Source: Phoronis australis (Eukaryota; Animalia; Phoronida). From it: a stretch of 64,000 nt of DNA. Made by a program: the position numbers and the translations under genes. Where the stretch lies: assembly GCA_002633005.1 (NCBI GenBank), contig NMRA01000106.1, positions 725,655 to 789,654 of the forward strand, in the 5' to 3' direction. Under the pieces are notes generated by a model that was given only the letters and a program-made list of their open reading frames with translations, searched no databases and was not told where the DNA came from. Of the stretch, positions 47,501-62,500 are shown piece by piece. Each line of letters opens with the position of its first letter. Position 1 is the stretch's first letter.

Positions 47501-50500
47501 CCAATCACGGCCAACCCGGACTTCAGTAAAGGAAGCATTCATGTAAACCCTAAATTCATTGTACAGGTATATGAAAAACCTAGACTAGATAAGCATTCGG
47601 AGCTTTGCTTCTATTTGTCAAACTTAACTCTAGGCTATTTTAAGGTTTTTAAGAAGCACTGCTTTGAACTTTTGTCTTTCTCTCTTTACATATTCAAATT
47701 AAATGCACTGTCTCGAAACACCACGTTGACATGGAGTTTTTAAAAACACAAGTTGACATTACTTACAGTATTGTACAAGTCCTGCTTGCCATTCGCTCTT
47801 GTGCTAAAGTCTCCACACTTTAAGACAAAAATAATTGTACGGCAATTGAACTCTTCATTTTGCACTTTCAGAGACTTTTAATATGGTTGTCAGTCCCCAC
47901 AATTTCTCAAAGCATCTGATGGTATAGCATTTATTTTTGTAAGAAATTGCGTTATTGGTTTGAAATATTTTTAGCTGTTCATATTTTCAAAGAAGGGAAG
48001 GTATGTTATAGTCACCTGGTGCTAGTTAAATAAGTCAGCATCACCAAATGCCAGCTGAAATTGGTTGAGGTTGTTTTTTTTTCTTTTAACAGTGAGTTTT
48101 TTAAGTTTCAAAATGACTGTGATCAAACTGGAATCCATTCCGCTATTTTTTGCCTTATCATTCATGCAAAAATAAATCCTGCTCGTCAGCTATATTGTGC
48201 CCTAATTAAGTTTGCCAAGATTTACTGTTAACACAAAGTTTTTTAAGTGACAATGCAAATTATTTTCTTTATCCTAAATAAAAAATGAAGTGCTGCCTAG
48301 CAATAGTCAAAAAAAAAAACAAATAAATGTCAACACCCATGAAATGGTTCAAGTCTGTTTCTTAACTTGACCAAATTATTCAGTGAGCATATCCACGTTT
48401 ACTTTTGTTTGGTACTAGGGAACAGAAATGACATAGTGATAACACTGTCTGTAGTTGTAACATGACAGACTGACTTGGCTGAGTCATGTAACTGCACAGA
48501 ATTCTTATCTTAAACTGGTATTGAATGTGAAAATCCATAAGAAATGCCTACAAACATTTCTTAATGAACCCAAATTTCCGTAACGTTTATAGGAGAGTTA
48601 TTTATTTTGATCTTGGTGAGAATTTCCAGAAAAAGAAACAGTTCACTGTTATTGAAAATACCCTTGAAATAAGAGATTTCGTTGACATATACATCTTGTC
48701 AGTCGCCATAGTTTCAATGATCTTCAGTTCAAGACGTCACATTTCAAAATAAAAGGGAATGTACATTGCATCGTGGGATGAAACAAGCACATTGATGAGC
48801 GTTTGAGAGACCATTTTTTAATATGAAACAAAAAAGTTAGTTGTGTGATGTTGAATGGAATGCAAATTCAGAGAAAAAGAAATTGCTGAACAGCCTACCA
48901 CTGTACCTATCTATTATTGAATAAGCATTTTCATAAAGTATATACACAACCTCTGCTTGTGTTTATGCGCCTACATGTTTGTATGTGGATGCATTATGCC
49001 ATCATCTCTGTCCGGCGTCCGCTGCTCTATCTCCAAAACCCTTTGACGTATGTTCATGAAATATGGCACATGTTCCTTTCATGGATGGGGCAGCATTAGC
49101 GAACTTTCAGAAGGATCCAATTCCGGGTGTGCCCTCTAGTGGCAATTTTAGTTTTTTACGGTTACCTCTTTATCTTCAAAGGTCCTCAACATATTTTCTT
49201 AAAATTTGGCATACAGGCGTCTATAAGTGAGATGACGCTGTTTTTTTTTCGTTTTCGGATGGATTCGACGAAGTTTGCGTCACTTAGTGGCCATTTTTGC
49301 TGTTTTCGAGTCTGTTTTTTGGCATCCACCCCTCTATCAACCAAACCGCTCTAAGGACGCTGGTGAAAATTGGCATGAAGAGGACGACTGACGATGATTT
49401 TCCGACAATTTCGTTTATTGTTGCGCATCTAAGTTGCAGTTTTGTTTTTTTTTTGCGCCCATGACTGTATCTCCTAAACCGTTGGCAGGATCTTTACTAA
49501 ATTTAGCAAGTGTATTTATATGATGTTGACTATGAGTGAAGATGACTTTCGGAGGCATCTGACTACTGGTTTGCCCCCTAGTTGCAATTTCAGTTTTTAC
49601 ATTTACCTCTGTATGTTCAAAGGTCCTCAACATATTGTCATAAAATTTGGCGTATAGGCATCTATTAGTGAGATGACGCTATCCCGTTTTCAGATGGATT
49701 CGACAAAGTTTGTGCCACCTAGTGGCCATTTTGCCGTTTTTGAGTCTTGGTATATCTACTCTTCTATCAACCAAATGGCTCTAAGGATGATTGTGAAAAT
49801 TGGCATCAATGTTTTTACTACAAAGCTAATGATGATTTTTCGACTACTGTGGCACCTAGTGGCAGTTTTGTTTTTTGTTGCACCCACGGCTGTATCTCCT
49901 AAACCTCTTGCAGGATCGTTGCTAAATTCATAAGTGTATTTATGTTATGTTCACAACGGATGACAACAACTTTCAGACGGATCTGACTACCAGTGTGCCC
50001 CCTAGTGGCAATTTTAGTTTTTAGGTTTACCTCTGTTTCTTCAAAGGTCCTTAACAGATTTTCAGAAAATTTGAAATATAGGCATCTATTGGTGAGATGA
50101 TGCTATTCTCCCGTTTTCAGATGGAATTGAAGTACTTTGCGCCACTTAGTGGCCATTTTTCCTGTTTTCGCGTCCACCTCTCAATCAACCAAACCATTCT
50201 AAGGTTGATTTTGAAAATTGGCGTGTATGTTCTCAGTGGTAAGAGGGCAGTTCACTATAAGGAATTCGACTACTGTGGCGTCTCCTAGTGGTAGTTTTGT
50301 TTTGCACCCATAGCTGCATCTCCTTAACACTGTGCACGATCTTTATTAACACTGTGCCCCATAGTGGCAATTTCACTTTTCCCATTTTCCTTTGTTTCTC
50401 TGAAGTTCCTTGACAGATTTTTATGGAATTTACTATATAGCTTTCTATTAAAGAATCGATGGCATTTTTTCAGATGGACTATGTTTTTGTGCCATGTAGT

Positions 50501-53500
50501 GGCTTTTTTATTAAACAACCAGCCCTTTGCGGTGCATTTCAACACTCCAGGTTGCTCTTGTACCTGTGCAAGCAGGAACGTGCAGCTACTCTCCTCTTTT
50601 ACTCATCAGTCTAGTAGATTATTTTTTGCCTAGTAGGCTATTGTTATATACTACTCAAAATTATTAAAACCTCACTTCAAGTCCCTTCTAGTTCCAGTGG
50701 CTTCATCTATGGCACTACTGGGGATTTTCAAATGCAGTGTGGGATGATTTTCAAATGCATTGTGGGATAATTGTTGACTCACAAGCATCCAGTGGTCTCA
50801 CAGAAAACTTGGTGATGTGTAAACAATAGGATGGGAAACACTATCTGTCACTTGCACCAGTTTTAAAAGCATGGGTGTATTGCATCATGCTTTTTGGTGG
50901 GAGAATAGCAACGTAACTGCCAAGGGGAAAATAAAAGCTTGAAAATGAGCTTCAAAACGTATAGATCAGCAAGTCTTGCGTGAAAGATTTTCCAGGTACA
51001 GGCCATCGCATCACAATGATTTCACAGCCTGAAAAGCAAATTATGAATTTGGTAACGTATCTGGAAGTCATCCTCGATTTCGGATAACATTCATGAGCCA
51101 ACAGCTACCCTACAATGCATTTGAGAAACACCGGAGCTGTACACGAAATTCCCTGAATTGCTACAGTCCGTTGGTCCTAATCTTTACATCATCCATTCTC
51201 CTCCAATTGTAGCAGCCAGAGCCTGATAAGTCTATCATGGCTGACATGGAACACCAAGAGGCCCAGATGCGACAGCAGTTGATTGCCAAGCAGCAGGAGC
51301 TGCTCAAGCTGCAGCAACAGCAGCTGGAGCTAGAACTGGCGGAGACTAAGGTCAAGTTGGCAGCTCAACAGAAGGAGCTTGATGTCAAGAATCGGCTATT
51401 GGAGGACAAGAAGGTAATGAGGTTGAGACCCTTATAGAATGTAACTTAGTCTCTTTGTCAATGTTGCATATTCATAGGCAATGAGAGTTTTGGACACGAT
51501 GCCTCCTGTTAAGTCAAATTGGATTTTTTTTTCGACTTGTGGTCCTGATAGCGCCGTGAAATACATTCAACTGAAGTTACCAATAAGTAACTTGTGACTA
51601 ATATTAATCTCTTCACTAATCACTATCTTGATTTTTAATGGTACATTCAATTCATACACTCTCAGTGTTGGGCATGATACCTTCTACAGAGTGGATTTCT
51701 GTCATCGACCGGTGGACTCGAAACCTCAGTGGACTTCTGTGTCTGTCCATATTGCAGAAAGTCTATTGTTTGACGCTGACAGAACAGAAAATGTCAGATT
51801 TGAAATGACCATTTGATGTGACCATAATGCTTTCAACATGGTCCTCTTTGCACTTAGGCATGGAATTATTTCCCCAAAATCAAAGTTTTACAGTTTTTAA
51901 GGACTAAATGCATTGAAACATAGTTTTGTTTGATAATAACTTCAGTGGACCAACTACCACGCTATCGATGAAGTTTAATTTTTTTGTTTATTTTTGCTGT
52001 GAAATTTCAACGAAATGAAAGTCACTTGTCTGCCATATTTTGTGCAGAGTTGAATGATTCTTTACCATAACATTGTTCATAGTTTCACCGTTACGGTTAC
52101 TTCTTCCTGCAGGAGGAGTCACTGCCCCCTACAAAGGGGACGAAGCCTTCAGTTGCTGGTGTACCTCTGGAGAAGCTCAATATTCGTGACCCTCGTCTCG
52201 CTAAGCGATTGGAGGGAAAACAGGTGGTCAAGCCAGAGCCACAGGCAGTCATTCCGGACATCGGTGAGTTCACATCTTCTCCGTTTAAAGACGAAAGTCC
52301 AGTATAGTCAAACCTCATTATAACTTACGTCTGTACGTCATTTCAATAGGTTGTTGTACAGTTGCCTGGTTAGACTTTCAGGTCATTTGTGTTTTGAATG
52401 ACTCCAATCATTAACTCCTGCCTTACTGGCCTTCGTGAATGATCTTTTTGTGTTATACGCTACGTTTTTGCATCTTGACATTGACTTTGATGCAGTGTTA
52501 TCAAAGCAACTGTCGGGATAGTTTAAACAGGTTTTGCAAGCTTGACTTGCTTTATATTAACCAGCATGCCTTTCTTACCCCGTTTCCCAGTGACCCAGTA
52601 GTGGCGCTGTGGTAGGATACGTTTTGTTTTTTGACATTTCAGGCTTTTCGCTGAATCTTCTAAGACAATTGCACAAAATCTTGTTACGAATTTCGTGTAA
52701 ACATGCCATTCGTTTGTGACATGCGACTTTTGTACAACTTCAATGTGCGTTTTGATCTGTACTTATTTTCTTAACATTTTTTTGTATACTGTTCCTCTGA
52801 GATGTCTTAAGAAATCAAATAATGCAGTAGTCCATCCTACAACTTATACACGATTCAAAATTCGATGGCAGTGTATTTACTCAGTGATGGCTTGTGCATG
52901 TTCTTCAGGCTGGTCGCTAAGTCGATGGCTATCCATTATAAACATGTACTTTAGGTTGGTCACTAAGTCAGTGGCTGTCCATTGTAAACATGACTGATTT
53001 CAGAAAAAGCTTTACAAACTAACAAAACTTGATATTGATCTTCGACAGAATTCCTCGAGCACAATGTACACACACTCTGTTTTGACATATCACATTTAAG
53101 TGACAACCAGTTTCTACTGACAGTCTGTGATTTACGCATTGAAAATGAGTAAAACTTTCACAAATTCATGTTCAGATACCTTAGAATTTTTATAATAGTT
53201 TAACTTAGAATTGGAATCAACATCAGACTTGTGAAAACATTACAAACGACTCTTCAAACGCGACTCTTTGGTTTACCCAAACATCAGAGAAACCATACAT
53301 TGACAACAAATTGCAGACAGAACTTGCCCAAGTATACTGTATGTCTACCGTATTCATCTAGCCTGTATAACATGTTGTAAGCGGCCCAAATGAAACATTG
53401 CCTTAAGAAGGTCCCATAAGTCGGACTTAAAGTGGACTGGATTCCTCAGCACAGTTGTGCTAGTTGGTGAATTCAGCTGTTCAGATAAGTTGAATTTCTC

Positions 53501-56500
53501 CTTACTTGGACCTGGCTTATGCAGGTTTAATTGTAATGTCAAAATACATTTTCATGCCCCCAATATTTATATGTGGATGTATTATGCTGTCATCTCCATC
53601 CGTCCAGCGTCCGCTGCTCTATCTCCAAAACCCTTTGACCTACGTTCATGAAATTTTGCACATATCTTCCTTTGATGGATAGGATGGCATGAGCGAACTT
53701 TCGGACGGATTCGACTATCGGTGTGCCCCCTAGTGGCAATTTTAATTTTTTACGTTTACCTCTATCTTCAAAGGTCCTCAATGTATTTTCATGAAATTTG
53801 GCATATGGGCATCTATTAGTGACATGACGCTATCCTCCCGTTTTCGGATGGATTTGACGTTTTCGCCACCTAGTGGACATTTTTGCTGTTTTCAAGTCTG
53901 TTTTTTGGCGTCTACCCCTCTATCAACCAAACAGCTCTAAGAATGATTGCGAAAATTGGCATGTATGTTCTTACTACAGAGTGGATAGCTGACGATGATT
54001 TTCCGATAATTTTGAGTACTGTGACGCCTCCTATTGGCAGTTGCTTTTTTTGCGCCCATGCCTGTATCTCCTAAACCGATTGCAGGATCTTTACTAACTT
54101 TAGCAAGTGTATTTATATGATGTTGACAACGAAAGACTATAGATTTTGGACAGATCTGCCTACCAGTGTGTCCCCTAGTGGCAATTTTTTTTTTTAGGTT
54201 TACATCTGCATCTTCAAAGGTCCTCAATATATTTTCATAAAATTTGGCATATTGGCATTATTAGTGAGATGACGCTACCCTCCCGTTTTCGGATGGAATC
54301 GAGGTACTTTGCGCCGCCTAGTGGCCATTTTGGCTGTTTTCGAGTCTGTTTTTTGGCATCCACCCCTCTATCAAGCAAACCATTCTAAGGATGGTTTTGA
54401 AAATTGGCGCATATGTGTGAAGAGGATGGTTGATGATGACGAATTCGACTACTGTGGCGCTTGATAGTGGAAGTTATGTTTTGTTTCGTTTTACGCCCAT
54501 AGCTGCATCTCCTAAACCCGCTGCAGGATCATTATTGAATTTAGTAGTTGTATTTATACGAAGCTAACAACAGATGACGACGCCATTCAGGCTGATCCAA
54601 TGAACGCAGTGCCCCATAGTGGCAATTTCATTTTTTCCGCTTTCCTTCGTTTCACTGAAGTTCCGCAACAGATTTTTATCACATTTGGCAATTAGCTTTC
54701 TATTTAAGAAGCGATGGCATGTTCCCGTTTTCAAATGGATCGGATGTTACCTTTGGAACTTTGTACATTGTGACCTTGTTAACATTCTGAAACCGAGTGT
54801 GTCCCTTAAAGTACATTTTCCCTCTCACACTAATGGTAACTTCCTCTCTATCTAGGTATCGACATTCCTGGTCTGTCCACCACTGTTCCAGATGCATCAC
54901 CTGCCTCTGCCACCAGATCTCCAGAGAAAAAAACACGAGCAGCAGAGAAGAAGGCGTCACCAAAAGACCCAAGGTCTGCTGCCCTGGAGCGCTGGAAGCC
55001 TGACAATGACAAGAAGGACATGGCTCACGGTACTGGACTGAAACAGAAGGATCCCAGACTAAGTAATCGCAAGACTCCGCCAAGGAGTAAAACCACATCT
55101 AAAACTGGCAGTAGTAAATTGAATAAAAACGAGTCTCCGGGCAGAGGAGGACACAACAGGGCACTGTCGTCCAGATCGTCGAATCACAGGTCGGATCGTG
55201 ATCGAGACCGACGTGATGTATCCCGGTCCACCAGTAAGGAGAAAGATGACAAGAGATCGGAGAGAGGTCGGCGGAACTACAGGTCAAGCAATCGTGAGCG
55301 GTCACCTTCCCCCGACACCACAAAGGTCCGCCGACGTAGCGACTCGTCACAAAGGTCGCGATCGAGGTCACCAAGGTCCAGCAAGTCTAGTCCGTCACGC
55401 AGAGGTCCTGAAAAGAGTTCAGGTATGATTTACTGAACCTTAAATTACCTGTTTTATAATTAAATACAAACATAATAAGTCTCAACTATATTTACGAAAC
55501 ACTCCCTACAGATTGCAACCATCATTTTGCAGAAAAATCACAAAAAGAAACGGCCAAGTCTGTCCCAAGTAAAACAAAGAAAGGCGCCACAAGTTTCCAG
55601 TCAGACTCACAAGACAAAGATACCAAGAATATTGGCGTTAGTAAAGACAAGGACGATCGGCCGGTGGCATCAGCAGGACGTAGACAGTCTCAGGATATTG
55701 ACGAGAGAAGGCTGCCCTCGGGCGATTCATCTCCCAGCACCAAACCTGGTGGCAAATTAACCAGCAAAAGGGAAAGACAGCCGGAAACAAGTCGGGTAAA
55801 AACTAGCTAGATTCTTGTTTACATATTATTCTTAATCCACTGTCCAGTATGTTACTTATCATTTGAAGATTAGTTTTCCTTATTAATTTCAGCTTTTTTG
55901 CATTTTTCAAAAACATACCCGACTCATTCCCTGCTGTGCTTTCTTTTCTGTGGGAAGTAACTTTTACATTTTTTATAAAAATCTTAAGTCCTATATTTGG
56001 TACCCTCATGCAGAAGTGGAACGTGTTAAAAATGTTTTCTTACTGCAGCATTTTTGTGAACAGCATCTGATCTTCCATTTATGAGATCTGATGTTCCACA
56101 GTAAGCCAAATTTGGACACTTTTCCGGTGTCTCACATAAATTTAAATGAGATGTGTAGGATAGCGGACACCATTAAATATCATGTGTTCATTGTCGCAGG
56201 ACAAGGATGAACGGCAGGATGTGCCTTCTCCCAAGCGTAGCCGTCCAGATGATAAGGAAGACCTCAGGTTAGTGTATGTTTACCTGCCTTGTTCAAGGCT
56301 TGGAATTTTCCTCTTTTAAGAGGATTTCCTCTTTTTTGATTTCGAATTCCTCTTATTTGATTTCCGGTTTCATATTTTTATCATTGTTTTGCCTTTATTC
56401 ATGCAAAAAGATTTTCTGCTGTTGAATTTTACATATAATTGTATTTATTTGTTGAACAATATATCACCTGGAAAATTTTAGGGTTTTTTGTCATGGGTCA

Positions 56501-59500
56501 TTCCAAGCCCTGCTTGTTGCCTGGTGCTGTTAAACAGTTGTGCACATCAGTGCAGAAAAAACAACTTGTGTTCAACTTTCTGTATTTACTTACAAAGATG
56601 TTTTATTTACAAGCATTACCTAGCAGTCCTCTCCACACCTGAAAACAAACAAAGCTACTTATATCGGGAGTGTCATTCTAATGTGTTAGCGGCCTTTCAC
56701 ATGAGTTGTAACTGTATAGTAATGGGTCTTAATGACACCTTATACAGAGATACAGAGAATACTAGATTACATGTTCTAAGGCATTCGGGTGCCTGTGGAA
56801 CCACTGTTCTGTGACATTCTCTGGTTGATTGTTAGCACTGAGAGAATTGTTATCCACTGTGATTTCATCTTGTTCTCAGGGAACTGTTTGGATCAGAAGA
56901 CCAGGACTACAGGTCTCCACCTGGTGTCTCTCTGAGCCAGTCTTACCCACCACCGCACCTTGGCCCAAAGAGCCCGCACCTGCGCTGGGCCAAATTCAAG
57001 GCCAACAACCCGGCAGAGTTTGAACATGCCCAGCCATCACCTAGTCGACCCCCGCTCATCTCCACCCTACCCAGGATCCCTCGTCGAAAGCCATCAACAG
57101 CAGCACCATCAACAGAACGCCAGTTGAGCGGAGACTCTGAAAATTTGGATATCCCTAAGGCTCTTCTGATTGACCAACAGGACCTGCTGCTGAAGGAGGC
57201 AGAGCGACGACTCAGCTCTGGTCAGCTGAGTCACCAGCAGCATCAGGAGCTGTTGAAGCAACTAGCTGAGCTTTACAAGCTGCAGAAACAACAGGAGGAG
57301 ATTGACCGGTCCAAGAAGGATGCTGACTACAGGGTTGGACAGGGCGGCCTGCTGTCGTCGGGCAAGAACAAAACTCTGTTACCTATACCTGATGTAGATC
57401 GCTCACTAATGGCTCGCAGACCTCTACTTCCGGCTCCAAAGAGAGGAAAGTTGCCTTGGATGGGGGGTGGTGGCGGTGGTTCCCCGGCCGATCTTCAGAG
57501 GGGTCCTGCACCGCCGTATGCTCGTCTGCCTCGCCCACGTTTGGATGGACCACACGGCCCCAGGCCTGAGCTAAGGCACCCTGTCCTCCCCATGTCTCCC
57601 CCACCCATGCCGCCCATATATGGTAAAAAGGGACCAAGCACGCCATTTAACGATATGCGCTTTCAAGACGTGCTTCGTGAGAAGAAGCTTATTGGCGCTG
57701 AGCTGGTCATTGATGACCGCAGCTTTGAACTGACCCCCGGTCTTCCCCCACGTGTCTTCAAGGCATTTGGAATGAACAATAAGATCAGTGCCAATGCGGA
57801 CACCAGAGAAATCCTCATCAATGGCAAATGCAAGTATAGAATGGGTGATCCCATGAGGGAGATTATTATTAACGGTGAGACACACACGATATACTTTCAC
57901 GGCGCTCTCAGTGATGTATGGATCGATGGGGTACAGTATAATATCCGCTTTGACGCGCCACCACAGAGAATAATGATTGGACCAGAGCAGCATGAGATCG
58001 CAGTGAACAGCACTGAGATGAAAGTTTACATTGACTGTCTGGCGATGGGTCCCTGGGGCGGGCCGCCACGGGAGGTGACCATCGACGGGCGCAAGCATGA
58101 GCTGCGCTTTGAAGCTCCACCTCGTGAAATCTTGATTGACAGCAAGCTGTGTCAGCTCAACTTTCAGTACGTCATTCCCATTATCATGATTGACAATAAA
58201 CCACACGGCATACGATTTGATGGTCCGCCTCGCGCCATGACCATAGATGGCATTGACTACCTCATACCTATGGACATGCCAGTTAAGATAAAACTGGGTA
58301 AGCGACCGCACCAGATCTCATTTGGTGGTCCCGGTTATGAGGTGATCATGGGAGGCAAGTGCTATGAGGTCCAGTTTAATGGACCACCACGTGACATCTG
58401 GCTCGGCGGGCGAGTTCGCAAGGTTCAGTTGAAGGGACCGCCACCAGAGGTGAAGATTCTGGATGAGATTCGACCGGTCGATATGAAGAAGCTGATGAAA
58501 GTGTTGCCTTTCTCCGCGGCGCCATCTGCTGGAGCACCGGTTTCTGGACTCCGCCAACTCCTGCACCGACCGCGCCCTCAAGGACCACGACACGAATATG
58601 ACATGCGCCCGATCATGAACAATCCGTCAACACCCATGACAGGAAGATTCCCACCTCCACGAGAGCCCATGGCCTTGCCAGGTTAGCCATAGTTACTGTT
58701 TGGATAATCTCTGTATGTTTAACTACATAAGATCATGACTAAGGATTTGCAGTTTCTCAAAATATGATGAACTCAAGACTTATCATTGATATGCAAGTGG
58801 CCTGTTTTGCTATTAGATTTTTTTGTAGTAGATGTCAAGCGGTATTGCTCAGGCCGGACTTTTTTAATGTTTTGAATTAGGCATGAAATTAACAAGACCA
58901 AGTATTGTATTAGGTGCAATTTTTGTCTTTGGTTTAACTGTGTAGTACTGTTGGGATTTATTGCAAGTCAGACTGCAGAAAGTGTATAGTGCAATAGACA
59001 CTGCTGTGCATTGACTTAACATTGCAATTGAGGATTTTGGGATGTTGTAAGGGGTCCCAGATTTGGGGAACCAGTTGGATGCCTATTATTCATTGGAGAA
59101 AACTGGTTCTCAAAATATTGGACCATGTAATTGATAATTAACCTTGTTTGTATGTATGAATGGTTTGTATGTTTGAATGGTTTCCTAGTGTCATGTTCTC
59201 TTCCATTTCCTTTGCGTAGGCCCCAGAATGCAACACCCACTGCCAAGAATACCTGAACCAGTGCCTAACCTACAGCTACCGCAGCCAATGGGTATGAGAA
59301 TAAAGTGAAATACTGCCAGTTTACTTTGAGTTGAATTTTTGTTCTTAAATTCCTCATTAAATGTAAAAAGTGTAATATAATGATGATGGATCAAAGAGAC
59401 GCATTTTTCATGAGATCCACTAAATGTTCTTTAGCCCAAGTGCGACATTTTTTGAAAAGCCAACTGTTAACCCTGCCCTTGAGTAAGTGTTGATGGATGC

Positions 59501-62500
59501 CCCAATTTATGTTTCAGACCTCCCACCTGTCAATCATACACCCACCCAGATTGATGTCAATGACCTGTTCTCTAAGCTGCTCACTGCAGGCATCATCACT
59601 AAGACTGATGATAAACCAGCAGAAGATAAAAGTCAGGAGGCGGAGCCAGTCACTGAAGAGGAAAAGGAGGTGTGTTTCATGACTTACGATTGGTTTGCAT
59701 TGCAGCATTTTTCTGATGGAGATGAGACTGACACTTTCTTAATTCATCTCCAGTGTTCGTGATGGCATTATAGGCTAGCGGAAGAAATGTAAAACTGTAG
59801 AATAATTATTTAGCTGTGTGATTGGCGTATTCAATTATAATTCTACCATATTACAACAACAGCTAACTCATCTTTTCATTGCAATTTTAGTGATAAAGAG
59901 AGGAGAAAATAAGAAAGTGTTGTTTTTGACCCCTGGTCTTGGTAGGATTTGGGAGTAATAAGTGTTGTGTAATAAACTGAGTTCAAGGGTGTGTTCCATA
60001 GACCTAGTTTCTTGCAAGAAAAGCAAGAACTCACTAGACTACATGAGATATCGCTATGTATTGCAAGTGAACCATGTGATCACACTAGCCTCCTTGGTGA
60101 GATTCTTGCGTCTGTGAAGCTTTACACTCTTTTACTTCGTTAGCTGAAATTTCTGTCACGCTAATTTTTGTTTTTGTTCAGAAAAAGCGATCTGACAGCC
60201 CACTCATTCCAGAAGATCAAATAGAGGATGTCCCCGATTTGACAGAGTTGGATGTGGCGACGATGAAAGAGTATGTACACCTTTCCGTATTCACTAAATT
60301 GTGTACTGTTTTGTATTTTATGAGTTGAAAGCACATTTTGTCAGTGACGGCATAACGGCAACTTGACATGTTAGATATACACTTTCATTGACCGAATATG
60401 CTTTTATGGCAGTTGTGAACGTAGTGCTTGATTAATTCTGTCAAGGGTCTTAGAAAAGTAGCTATTTCATTTTGATGTTCCTGTGAGTAACCTCAATACT
60501 TCTGTGTTCAGTTTTATTATCCAATACGATTTCTTTTGTGGAGTTCTGCTCTGTTGGCATTTTCAGTGACTAAGTTAACGTATATTGCCTATGACTATTT
60601 CTATGACTTCCATTCATTTGTCATGGGATGTAATCTCTTTTCTCTGGCGAGGACCCCAAAACTTAGTCCCTGTAGTTAGCGCAGATCATTGATCATTTTG
60701 ACCATTACAGGCGTTTTGAGGGTGTCCTTCAGAGGCTTTATACAGGCATCCAGTGCTCATCGTGCGGCACGCGGTTCACCCACGATGAGACGGAGGCGTA
60801 CCGCGAGCATCTGGACTGGCATTTCAGGCAGAACAAGCGCGACAAGGATGAGGTTAACGTTGCCAAATGCCGCAAGTGGTTTTACACCATTCAGGTAATT
60901 GGAACAATACCAAAAAATGAGGAAGACACAATAGGCTAGTCCTTAAGTAGCACAGCACCACTCTCATTCTAATATATTTGCCCACAATGCAACTCGTGTG
61001 TCAACCCTTTGTCCTGCTTCTTCACGTTTATATATCAGTACTGGATGCACAATGTATTGTTCTTCCCTTGTTAATCAAGTGACAAGTGTCTGACTTCTTG
61101 AAAAGTAAGGTCACCTATGCAATGCATTTTTCTTCCTCTGAAAGAAGCGAGTTCAGTCAAGGACGGGCCAGTTAGAATCAAACACACATGAACTTCTGGA
61201 GAGGAGCTGCCATCTTGTCCACTCGTGAATTGATATTTTTTCCTTTAGGGAACTCGTCAAGGACTTGTCAGAATTATTGCTATCAATTTTGTGCAGCTCT
61301 TTATGATTTTCCCATTTCCAGGATTGGATCATGTACATGGAGATTGACGATTCGGAGGAAGCGGGGCAGATGGGCTACTTTGGCGAATCAGGCGAGGACG
61401 AGCAAAGTCAGGCGTTCGCAGCGTTTGCCAGTATGGAGGGGGTTGAGTTGGAACCAGTGGCTACAGGAGAAGATGCTGATGACGTGAGTACATTATAGTG
61501 ATGGTCAGTGTGATGGTCAGTGTAAATTACCAGTAATGAAATAATAAATAGTGATGGTGTTTGGTAGTTGTTGGGTCTTTGATTGCATTTTTGATTAGTT
61601 GTGCTTGAAATATTCATGATTGTTTTGGTAGTTGTTAGTGGAGAGAATAAAATGAAGGTAGATGTGACACGTTATTATTTCGCGTTATTATTTTGGTTGT
61701 CGGCACTTAGTCGTTTCAGGTGTGTAAGCTTTGAAAATATGTATGTAAAATAAAATTTCGATTATTTTGGTTAGGAGCGTCCTTCCATAAATTGTAATAA
61801 CATTGGCTTCCAATGTCATACTGAACATGAATGACTTTTGAGGAGCATTTATTGTTTGTGTTTACTGGTCCCAACGCACTGTGTTCAGTTGCAGTTGATG
61901 TTCATGATCTTTCAAATCATGATTGAAATTTACTTTAATTTGTTATAAGTGATAGACCTTTTATGCTACTTTCCAGACGTGTGCCGTCTGCGGCGATCCG
62001 TTCGACCAAGTGTGGCACGAGGAGAAGGAGGAATGGCACCTTAAGGAGGCGCTGCGTACCAAGGGAAAGACGTACCACCATGTTTGCTATGACGACGCAC
62101 TGCAGGCATCCATGAGTGAAACACCGACCCCACTTGCAGGGGTGGCACACCAGCCATTCTTCCCTTCCCCAGAAGCAGGTGACGCCCATGTGAAACCAGA
62201 GCCAGGTTTGAAAACTAAATTCACTAGTTCATGCTCTGTTACTTTTAAAATATAACTGTCTCCATAACAATGAACTAATTTGTGTAATCTCACACTGTAA
62301 CGATATTTAGTCTTCAAATCTGTAATCCATAAATTTATACTGAACTCTCGCACTTTTTGGTTGGTTTAACTGCAACCATCATTTGACTTGGAGAGCTTCA
62401 GTTTTTGTATCATAGTTTTTGTACCGTTGCATTGTGTACTGATTAGTATTGCTTTCTCTTCTTTCAGATGCTGGCACTGTAAAACCTGCCCCTGCCCCTG

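Noticed and set aside
57383-58593. Long antisense ORFs (e.g. 57571-58311, 246 aa)
   Set aside because: Shadow ORFs of the GC-rich PCF11 exon 9; no independent features
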